This document shows positions 13,001 to 25,000 of a DNA stretch of 64,000 bases, piece after piece. The DNA is from Nemertoderma westbladi. Lineage: Eukaryota; Animalia; Xenacoelomorpha. Both the position numbers and the translations under genes were made by a program. The notes below the pieces were generated by a model. The model was given only the letters and a program-made list of their open reading frames with translations, was not told the DNA's origin and did not search any database. The stretch covers positions 1 through 64,000 of the forward strand of contig JAUCBJ010004458.1 in the NCBI GenBank assembly GCA_032718475.1. The letters are read 5' to 3'. Each line of letters begins with the position of its first letter. Position 1 is the first letter of the stretch.

Positions 13001-16000
13001 CCACAACCTCAACTCGTGCATCATCTCGTGCGCATTGTCACTGGCTGAAGGTTCGGCTTAATCTGAATACTATGACACCTACCTTGGAGATAAGTTCTGT
13101 GTATCTGCGAGAATGTCACGGATGCTGATGCACTATGACATATGCGGGGAATCCACCATTGGAGCAGTGGAGTGTAGTGTGTGATGGTGAATGAAGCACC
13201 ACAGATGAAAGTGGCAGGCAACTGTTAAGGTTACAACTTTATACCTAAAACATAGACTTTCCCAGAAGGTAGTTTTGTGTAGAAACATTCCAAGTAATCT
13301 TTGCTTCCAAATCAAACTACCTAAAGAAGGACCTTCTGTACTTCCCGTGGAGGAGTATCGCATCAAGTATTTAAGGCTTGATTGGGCTCACTCAACTTCT
13401 TCAAATTCTCATAACAAATTATATGCAAAGTAATACAGTAGTAGTAATACAAAATATATTGAACTGCCGTATTTGTCTATATTGCTTCCATAGTTACTGC
13501 GATTCTAATTATTGTACTCTTTAATAAGATTTCAGGTCAAAGGGTCGAAAAGGGGCCAAGGACAAACAACACTGACAAACAATAATAAGGGAAAACAGCA
13601 AGTTACAGAGACGACTTTTTCTAACCAAAACAATAAACGATGTTGTTACCAATTGAGGGAAAGGAGTATAATAATATAATGAAAATGATCTTCCGATGCT
13701 CCAACACCCGATGCTGCATTACTCAATGTTAAATCATTTCTCTGGAATATTTATGCGTAAGAGAGCTGCTTAACTACATCAATATTGGATTTTGAGTTCT
13801 GTTTTGCCTTACTGTGTGCTTGGATTTTGCTCAAATTACGTGTTCTAACACCAAGTTAAAGCGACAAAGTAATGAGACTTAAATTTTGTCTCAATAGTTT
13901 GTACCTACAACACTGTACTTTGGTGAGTAGTGATAAATTTTGGCGTCAACGGCGTTCCATAACAAACTAACTGCGGTCAGCAAACCCAAACACTTTGTGC
14001 TGCAGTTTAAGTACCGAACCGATGCAGCAGTGAAGAAGAGTAGCGGCTCTAATGACCCCCTAGAAAATATAACATCGTCGTGTTAAACTTCACTTGTAAT
14101 AATTGAGATAATATACTGCGACACTATCACTACCAGTTTATTGAGAATTCGATAAGTAGTGGTATACTTTTTTTTCTTTAACGAAATAATGCGAAATATT
14201 AGCCATTAACGTTCATTATTAGATTTATTTATTTTACACCAAAATTATGATATACAATAATCAATTACTACAAGTTATCTATCACCGTCTTCGTGGTCTA
14301 AATCTTTATCAGCTACTTTGTGACTGTCTGCGTCCCGAAGATCGTCATTGTATCTCCGACGTCCCACATTGTGTCTGTCCGGATACCCTTCATTGTGTCT
14401 GTCCGGACGCTCTTCTCTGTGTCTGTCCGGACGCTCTTCATTGTGTCTGTCCGGATACCCTTCATTGTGTCTGTCCGGACGCTCTTCTCTGTGTCTGTCC
14501 GGACGCCCTTCCAAGTGCCTTACATTGTATCTGTCCGGACGCCCTTCGTTGTATCTGTCCGGGCACCCATAATTGGACCTATCCGGACACCTTTCATTGT
14601 GTCTGTCCGGACGCCTTTCATTGTATCTGTCCGGACGCCCGTCAGTGTATCTGTCCGGACGCCCTTCAGCGTATCTGCCCGGACGCCCGTCAGTGTATCT
14701 GTCCGGACGCCCTTCAGCGTATCTGCCCGGACGCCCTTCAGTGTATCTGTTCGGACGCCCTTCACTGTATCTGTCCGGACGCCTTTCATTGTGTCTGTCC
14801 GGACGCCCATCACTGTATCTGTCCGGACGCCCTTCACTGTATCTGTCCGGACGCCCTTCACTGTATCTGTCCGGACGCCCGCTATCATATCTGCCCACGT
14901 CCCGATATTTGTCCGAAGCCCCGGACTTGTACCTGTCCGGACCCCTGGCCTGAATAATATCCGCGCCCTGTCCCACAGAAACATCACGACTCTCATCGTC
15001 GTACCACCCCGGAGTCCCGGTACTGTCCGGGACCGGACTGTTCTTGTTGTCCCACAGACTAGATGTTTCCGGTAATATCGTATCCGACCACCACTCGAGC
15101 CCCCTCGCCCCCCGCTGGGGCGGCATCGGGACATTCACACCCTCGGCCATGGCGGCAGCCGTCGTTCTCCGCCCACGGAATAACGCAATCAGTCGCTCCC
15201 GCTCCCCAATGGGTTCAATAACCTCTGGGTCACGGCTACCCACCCAAGGCGTCGTCGGGGTGACTACCTTAGAGCCGTCAGCAAGTCCGTAGTAGTTGTA
15301 ATCTTTGGGGTTGTCCAGGGCCGTATCAATAACTTCCTCGATATTCTTATAATTTATCGACGATTCCAACATCTCTTGTACCTCAGATAGTTCCTCTTCC
15401 GTCTGTTTCACCTCCCCCGTATTTGATTCAGTTCTATCCGACTCCGCCAACATTAAACTTTCTTCCCTTAACCTTTCCCCCCGTTCTGCCGCCACTCTCT
15501 CATTCCACTCCCGGTTTACTTGTTCTCGTCTCAGATTATCTTCCGCCTTTACTGCGACTGCTTGGAGCGGCGAATTACCCAAATTATTCTCGAATTCGAG
15601 TTCCTTTTTAAAGTGTTCCTTAAGCAGTTCCATCTGTCGCCCGTAGGTCTCATAGGCGCTCTGAAGGAACAACGTATCGTCCACATTGATGGGTGTCGGT
15701 TCTCTCACCCGGCCCACTTTGGACGCCGACGTCGGTATGTAACGCGGCTTACGGTAGCGTTTCTGCGATACCATGGCAACATGGCCCGGACAAACAAAGA
15801 GTTTTCCTGTCCTTCCCAGTGTCAAACTCATCATGTTGAGTACATTTAACGCGAACTATTTAACCAAGAGTTAGTATAATTGCACAAGCCGAGCATCGGC
15901 TTGTGCAAAAATAAACATTTAGTAAGAATTGAATTAAATGTATAAAATATTAACTATTGTGGACTAAGTTGGGATTTAAATAAATAACAAAGAAATTAGT

Positions 16001-19000
16001 CAATAGGTTTCTCTAGTATTAATATTATTATCTTTATAAAATACATAATTAGAAATATAATGTCTTTATATTAATATAATTAATCATTATATTACGCGCA
16101 GAGATGCCAAGGCGATTTTATTTTCTAATATAACTGACGGAATCTAGAAAACGTCGCACAAAGAGCGGGAAAGAATAATAATATGTTATAAATAAGAAAG
16201 TAAAAATAATTAAGCTGATAATGTGCAGTTAGTTTGTATTAACGGCAGTATTTGCATAGAAACAAGGCGCCTAAATAGTAGCTGATGGTTTAATAATCTT
16301 ATAAGTTCTTACAAACAAATTCCGGAAACAAATTAACAACTATTTTATGCTGCAAATACAAAAATCGTATAATATAAATAATTTAATGTGAAATTCAATT
16401 CAAACCAAAACACGGATAAATAAGGTCATATCAACTATTATTACTAGCTAATTAATACATGGATATTAATATTTATCACTAAATTACCATCATATCAAAC
16501 ACTCAGCACAATTTTGTGACCCAAAACAAACACATCCGCATTTAATGTTTTATAAGGTAGTTTAAATTAAGAGTATCGAAATTTCATAGTAGATTTATCC
16601 GCCTTAGACAAATAGAACATACTATATTGATGATCCCTGGTTATCTCTTTTTTAACCTCCAAAAATGGAGGCAGTTTCAGGGCGAGTCCTTCTAGAGAGG
16701 TGTAGGTTTCTAGAACGACAACCCCGATTGCCCTGGGAGGGGATAGGTACTCGTCCAGTTGGAAGTAAGTGTTGTTGTACACGAAGGAGTAGCGTTGTTT
16801 GTAGACAGGGACGTGTTCCGGGTCGCCTTGGAGACAGAACAACTCGAAGTCCTTGTGGTTGATGTGGGAGACAATCTCCGGTGGGAGTTCCCCAGGGTTC
16901 GCGTCCCCCCATATCGTGTGCGTGTAGGTGCACTGGTGGTCGTCCAGACAACGCTCGTGCACCATGTGTCGTTTCTTACGATGCGGGGTGTACAGATACT
17001 GTACATGGTAGTGAGCGCGTTGGTATGGTTGAAGGAGGGTTGGATCGGCGACAGGGGAGGCCAGCAGGAAGCGTCGTCGACGACTGTGCACGCCGAGTCG
17101 GTCGCTCACGTCCACGCGTAGACGTTCGCACACCGCGGAGATCATCCGTCTGACCTTCATTGTGAACCCGGTCGAGTTATCGATAAAGTCGTAGGCGGAG
17201 TGACCCAGCCAGGCCTCGGAGATACGACGGTCCAGTCGCACGGCTTCGTCTACGGACTCGCGCCGCGCCGGATTGTTCGACGTGGAGTAATGATCGGGAG
17301 CCCCGTTAGCTGCGGAGACCATGTGGACCACCTGATCGTACCGTATGTCTCGTAGCGACTCTTCGGACCATTCCGGGTGGCGGGATAGTATGGTCGACCA
17401 GACGTCCTCCGACACATAGGCCTTGGGGTCCAGAGCGCCGCGATCGCAGATAATCAAAGAATTCCTGTTGGAATTCTCCGCTAAATCGAAGAACGTTTGT
17501 TCCACTTGTAGGATACAAGCGATCATGTTTTCTTGGAACTTGGTCTGTTGTTCCAGATCCATGCGGGCCCATTTCACGCCCCCTAGCAGTAGTGTGGTTG
17601 CTATCTCAGGGACGCGATACACCTGCCAACCTAATTTCTCGAAGAAGTTGCTGAGGCGGACTTGCGAAGTGGTTTTACCTCCGCAGGGGCCACCTGTCAG
17701 CACGAGTTTGTGGACTCTGTGAAGGTGTCGACTGGGTGCGAGAGCTGAGTGTTTAAACTGGTTGCTTAACCCGCTATACGGTCGCCACGTACGGCCGGCC
17801 GTCCCAACTAGAACAGTAAACATTGATATGTTGTTCTTCAATCCCCGATGACGCGATGAGCGACTAACACAACTAACAGCAGAACAGAATAAAAAATAAG
17901 TCAAACCTTGTCATGTTTACCAATTAATTTATCCTACACTATTGCTTTACAGATTTACCATGCTGCCATGACACATTTCAATTTTCGAAAACGAAACGAT
18001 AAACAGGGATAAGGCCTATACAGAACGAGAACATACACCAGATCAAAAACCATTAGTTGAGCAAAAAAATTAACCCTACATCATTTATTGCGTTCTACTG
18101 TTCTAGTATTACTAGTCGGTTCTGGGAGTTTGTACTCTCTGTAAACGTGTGCTTTCGATTGAATAATAACTTGCAAGCTGAAAATAGCGTTTATACTTGG
18201 CACTTGTAGGTCAGAGCGACTTCAAGTCTGTCTTCTTATACCAGGACCAGTCAGTCATACTGAAGCACAAACGGATTTTAGAAAAAAACAGACAAACTTG
18301 CTGTTTAATTTTGCTAAAGATGAAACATTACATGTAACAAACGATGTTTTTAAAATGTCGACCATTAATGAATTTATTGTCGACCATTAATTAATTTATG
18401 GTAGACCATAAATTAAAGGAAACAAACGCATGTGATAGGTCATTGGTGGTTTAGAAGTAAGGGAATATGTAGATGTATAGGAAGAGCCACGAAGTTGGCG
18501 GAGCCTTAGCGAACTCCGAACTGCCACTGTTTAGGGGGTGGGTCAATATCGGCAAATCAGCAAATAGTTCAGTGTTGGTGTACAATTCAGCCACTGTCTA
18601 ACTGTCGTTTCACTTACTTTTGCTTACTTTTGAGTTTGCCGGTATTTTGGCCTAGCAAATTAGCCTATTCCTGTATTTACAATACAGTTGCTTACTGTTC
18701 TGCTGTTATCTGTTTGTACTGCGGTAATTAGCATACAGATATCAGAATATACAACACATAAACAGAACTGTCTCTCTCTCAGTTTCTGCTCACCCTCACA
18801 AGTCACACTCAACACTTTCAAAAAAGACATTATTTTTCACGTGCACAATGAGTTCCAAATCCAAACAAGCAAAGAAAGCAGCGAAACCCGGTTCCCACAT
18901 AAAGCGGCCGTTGTCAGCCTACTTCTATTTCACGAACAACCTGCGCGACCAGTATAAGAAGCAGGGCAAACAGCTAGCACCCACCTTGTTCGCCAAAGTC

Positions 19001-22000
19001 TCAGGCGAGGAATGGAGGAGTTTAACAGAGAATCAGAGGAAACCATTCGATCTCAAAGCTCAACAAGATAAAAAGAGATACGACACCGAGATGGCTCCAT
19101 ACAGGAAGGAAAAAGAGGCGAAAGTTAAACGGCCTCCTTCCGCTTATATCCTATTCACATCGGATTTCAGGAAGAAACTGACTGTCAAGGAACGAAGCAA
19201 CGTTACTCAGGTGATTCGAGATGCGAGCGTCGCATGGAAGGCGTTGGGGGCCGTAGAGAAGAAGAAGTACGAGAATAAAGCGGCGGAGTTGAAGGCAGCA
19301 TGGAAATCTGCCGGGGATTCTAAGGCGGTTGCTACCGGTAACAACGTTGGCGACGAAGACGATGATTCGTATGAATCAGACGAATAACTGAACCGAATCC
19401 CCAAGCAGCCAAGGTTGTTCGAATCCCCAAGGTTGTTGTCTTGTTTACTCGGTTTTATTTAGGCCTATAGAATTCGAGTGCAATAAACTTTGTTTTTGTT
19501 TTTACTTTGTATTCTATTTACTATACCAGTAGACATAAAGTAGAAAAAAGCTCTGTCTGATCATCTAAAATATATGGAAAGTGGAAGAGTGTTTTAATTT
19601 ATGTTAAAAATGTAGTATATGTATATACCGGTTTATAAATTAATGAACAAAACCTTAGGCCCTATCATTTTTTTCATATACACCGATTTTTTTTTTGATA
19701 AAGTAGGTAGGGCCTAAGTGTTTGTCTTCTAAATATAAAATTTAGTTATTTTATAGTAAACCTGTAAATAATAGGATAAATCTTATTTTTAAGTTTGATT
19801 GTTGGTCTATTTACATTAATTTGTTGAATTTTGACATTTTAATATGTATTTAATTTGTAGGTTGATTTTAAGCTCTAACTTATGTATTATATACTATGGA
19901 ATAGGCCTTCCATGCCATATTTATACCTGTATTAATGTAAATTCTTTAGTTACTGGCTCAGTGTAGCAGGTAGCTAATATCTCAGATATTTATACACCAA
20001 TATTTTGTATAGATGTTGTAGAGAGACCAAATGGAATGTCATCTGATATAAAACAAGTAAATAATCATTCATTTATGGTATATTCTATTACTCATAACTG
20101 TTTACCGCTGCGAATGTCAACCCAGGCACCACGCACAGCACATATTGTCTTTGTCATTTTGTTTTGTTGTGTATAATTTGTGTTTTTGTTTTGTTGTGTT
20201 TTATTAATTATCATTATGATTATTTCATACATCCGTTTCTCTAAGATTAAAACCCGTTTATAATAATATAAATAATTATTATGTCAGTTTGAGCAGGGGG
20301 GGGGGGGGGGGGGGGGTGGGATATTGATATTGAATTAACAATCTTAATTATCAATTAATCAAATCTTGTAACACATGTTAATTGTCGTTCACCCATTAGT
20401 GTTGTTCTAGTAGAGGCGGTGGACAATTTCGACGAGTGGATCAGAATGCCTTCTTATCTTTCCTGAGAGACTTTAAACTCATTTTATATGCCGACGACAG
20501 AGCTCTTATTTTCTATCATAAAGATCCTATCCATATTTCCCAAAAGTTAAGCGCAGTTCTAGAATAATGTAATGAGTGGTTGGTTGATAATAAGCTATGC
20601 ATTCACTACGGTAAGACTGAAAGTATTTTGTTTGGTTCCAAAAGAAAGTTAAAGAAGGTAACTAAGTTTGAAGTCACTAGTAATGGACATAAGATTGAAA
20701 ATCAAAAGGAAGTTAAATATTTAGGCGCCATATTGGATAACTGCTTATCAGGAGAAAGCACGGCGAAAAATATTTTCTCGAAAGTTAACAGTAGGCTTAG
20801 GTTTCTATACAGAAATAAAAATAGTTTAAACACCGACTCCCGCAAGTTACTTTGCTCTTCTTTAATACAGTGCCACATGGACTATGCATGCATGCTCTTC
20901 TTGGTATGAAGGCTTAACCAAACAGCTTAAATGTAAATTACAAGTAGCTCAGAATAAAGTAGTACGATTTATTAAAGACTACAAACCTAGGCACCACCTA
21001 ACTACAGATGACTTTTCTGAATCTGGACTACTTAACTTAGATATTAGAGTTAAGCAGCTACGCCTTAACCATGTGCATAAAGTGTATAATGGTAAATGTC
21101 CCAATTACCTAAAACAAAAATTCAATAGTGTGCGATACACACTCTTACAGTACCAGAGCTAGTGCTTCAAACTTCTACCTCCCGAATTGTAAATCCTTTG
21201 AATCTGATACTTTCTTTATTAACGGTATTAAAAATTGGAACGCTCTGCCTAATGAAATTAAAAACCTAGATAATCAACATCCTTTTCTGCAGTTAAATCT
21301 CACCTCCATGTGCAATGTAAAAATAGGTAGAATACTGTAGTCCTACAGTAAGTTTAGTTTATTAATTATTTACTATTTATTGTAATTACGTTTTATAATA
21401 AATTGTTCTGTACATTACATCTTTATCGTTGACTCGAGCATTGTCACGCTCTTGGTAAATTTGACATGTACATAGTGTAATTACGTTTTATATTCGTTTT
21501 AGGTTAGCGTAGTGTAATATTGTATTTGTAACCAAGTATCATAAAGGACCCCCTTGGAAATAAGCTGCAAAGCTTTAGGGGTAATATCCTATATGTTATG
21601 TTGGACAATACTTTTATACCGGTATATTGTTTGGTGTATTTTTGTTATTGTTTTTACATAATGTATAAATAAATCTATCTATCTATCTAATGCCAGTCTC
21701 CATCGCTCACCAACATTGCCATGGGATTACAGCGATAGGGTAAACCGAACAATCTTCAGGATTTTGCCTCTGGAAACTGATTGTTTTCGGATGGGACACA
21801 GTTCAAGAAGCTGACTGGAAAGCTGTAGACTCACACTGTAACTGGAACCAGTGGTCATAAGTCCCAGATAGACAATATTCTGTTTCGTAAGAAATACAGG
21901 AGCTCTGTATAGGGCTCTTCGCTCCTTCACAAGTGATCACATCGCCTTATTGCAACCAAGATTATGAGTCCCCTGCCTTTGTGACTGTGAGAGCTGCAGA

Positions 22001-25000
22001 AACAGTTCTTGTATGTGCCTGCTTATCAATCAGCAGGTTGACGCTTCCAATGACAGCAGGTAAACAACCTATATAAGGCATGAAAATAAATCAACTTGCT
22101 CGGCGGAAAAGCCAAAGCTCGTAAATAATTCAGGGTAGCGTATTGCCTGATAACTTTGTGGAACAAAAAGTGTCTTACGTAATCTGTACTCCCAGAAATA
22201 ATCAACGGTGACATCTCCTTTGCCTTGGTCAAGAGGCTGCTGCAACGAGTTAACGAGCATTAAGACCAATCGTGCCAGTTGAATAGAGGGTGCCCCTTGA
22301 GGTCTTTAAAATAACAATGTTTTGACCTCATTCACCCTATATCATAACAGACATGTACCGAACAAAGAGAGTCCCACAACAAAATAACGAATAAGTTAGT
22401 CCCCGTCCCCAACAAGCGTAACCTAACACTCTAGATCTTCTTGCAATTAAATTGGTGCTTGGACAAGGACAGATATTGTTTTTGACGAGCGTACCGATAC
22501 TGTACTTAATAGGGTGCTTTGTTTTCTAAAGCCACACTGGGAGAATACGCATGGTAGACCTGTAGACAGCACATTACTTTCTTGAGACGACTCTAAAAGA
22601 CACTGGACTTGACTATGCGGATAATCTCGAGAAAATCATGGGGGATAGTGATTTCCGGCGGCACAATTTTGTCGATCGATATATTACATCCTGCCGATTA
22701 TCGATTGTATGACCGCAGCACAATTTGTTGTTAAGCCCACATAGCAATCTCAATGTGCGGCTGAAGTGCACCGTGCTGATTATATAGTAGTACTGTAGAA
22801 CAGTATTAGGCCTACTCAAAGTTGTATCATTGTATCCGACGTGGTGACTATTAACATAATAATTGTATGGTTTAGTTGCGCACTGATATCTAACATTATT
22901 ACCGCTTTGTGTCGCAGGATATCGTATTTGAACTCGAAGCTAGCTGCTTTGAATGTGTCACAGGATGCTACAGACACAGCGACCTCCGTTGTTAGCACCT
23001 CTGTAGAATCCACCTCTCAGGAGCTACCGCTTAACATGCCGACTACACAAGATATTGCTTATCAGTTCAATGTGCTGTACCAACGCGACCGAGTGGTGTG
23101 CATTAAGGCTATTAGAGATTCCGTTTTTGCTGGTGGTCGTGGGAACCTTTTAGAACGGAATTTGGCTTCCAAAGTTGTATTTACAGTAATGGTGGTAAGT
23201 GATTTTATGATTAATTTTACACTCATAATCTTTCTGTACAATCATTGGTGCGTCCACTACGTGCGCAATAACTATATGTGAGACCGATACTGGGATTACT
23301 TATACTTTCACAGCTGCTATATGTAGATTTTATATTCTGTAGAATCATCAATCAATTATTAATTAATCATCAATTAATTAATCTCCTAATAAATAAGATT
23401 GGTAGATAAATGGTTGTATTTAATGTTCAAGTACGATAAAGAAAATAGGCAGTATAGTCCTTATTAAGATTCCTTAATTCATTCTCAACGTCTGTCGAAT
23501 ACCTTTATAACAATATAACTTGATTTTTGAGAAGCTTTATACTGTACATCACGTTTTCAGAAGTCTGCTAACGTTTTTATGTCCAAACAGATCATAGAAT
23601 CGGTAGCAAATGGATTCATGGTGTACCAGTACCGTGGGAGGTCGATGCGAATCGTAAGGTTTCAGTAAATATACTCAAAGAATCACCAAGTAAAAATACA
23701 GACAGCGTGCGCTGTGTGAGATATCGGCTCAAAAATTTCTTACTGTGCGTTTGATGATAAGAATCGAAACTTAAAATTCCAAACTAAGGTAATTTTTTTT
23801 AATTTCATTGCAGCTGTCATTCCGCGCGGTAGAAGCGAACTTTGCGAGATCTACTGAGTATATGAGGCGGTTGTTAGGCCTACCACTGGAGGACTATATG
23901 CTGAGTCAAGAGGAGAGGCAACTAGACTCCGGCTGGATCGCGTTGTTAAGGAAACAGTGCCGCTCAGGCACTTTTCCGGAACCTGCGATACATCAGGTTG
24001 GGTAGTTCTGTTGGATACAGAGACTACAGTAGGTGAGGTGCTGTGAACATAGACTATAGTAGGTGAGGTGTTGTGAACATAGACTATAGTAGGTGAGGTG
24101 TTGTGAACATAGACTACAGTAGGTGAGGTGCTGTGAACATAGACTATAGTAGGTGAGGTGCTGTGAACATAGACTACAGTAGGTGAAGTGCTGTGAACAT
24201 AGGCTACTGCAGGTAAGGTGCTGTGAGCATTGACTACAGTAGGTAAGGTGCTGTGAACATAGACGACAGTATGTGAGGTGCTGTGAACATAGACTACAGT
24301 AGGTATGATGCTGTGAATATGGACTATATTAGGTGAGGTGCTGTGAACATAGACTACAGTGGGTGAGGTGCTGTGAACATAGACTACAGTAGGTGAAGTG
24401 CTGTGAACAAGGACTGCTGTAGGTAAGGTGCTGTGAGCATTGACTACAGTAGGTAAGGTGCTGTGAACATAGACGACAGTATGTGAGGTGCTGTGAACAT
24501 AGACTACAGTAGGTGTGGTGCTGTGAAAATGGACTATAGTAGGTGAGGTGCTGTGAACCTGAACATAGACTACAGTATGTGAGGTGCTGTGAACATAAAC
24601 TACATTATGTGAGGTGCTGTGAACATAGACTACAGTAGGTGTGGTGCTGTGAACATAGACTATAGTAGGTGAGGTGCTGTGAACATAGACTACAGTATGT
24701 GCGGTGCTGTGAGCATTGACTACAGTAGGTGTGGTGCTGTGAACATAAACTACATTATGTGAGGTGCTGTGAACATAAACTACATTATGTGAGGTGCTGT
24801 AAACATAGACTACAGTAGGTGTGGTGCTGTGAACATAGACTATAGTAGGTGAGGTGCTGTGAACATAGACTACAGTATGTGCGGTGCTGTGAGCATTGAC
24901 TGCAGTAGGTAAGGTGCTGTGAACATAGACGACAGTAGGTGAGGTGCTGTGAACATAGACTACAGTATGTGAGGTGCTGTGAACATAGACTACAGTATGT

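Noticed and set aside
14247-15075. Cys-rich metallothionein/keratin-associated-like ORF (CICPDALH)n and other frames
   Set aside because: Antisense or alternative frames of the 24-bp repeat in MRPS26; a stop-free unit opens several frames
18848-19387. TFAM assignment for the two-box HMG protein
   Set aside because: No evident presequence, and it has an acidic tail typical of HMGB
20296-20320. Long G/C homopolymers (also near 27580, 36040, 45705, 50325) as G-quadruplex elements
   Set aside because: Mostly within or next to transposon-derived sequence, with no independent evidence of function
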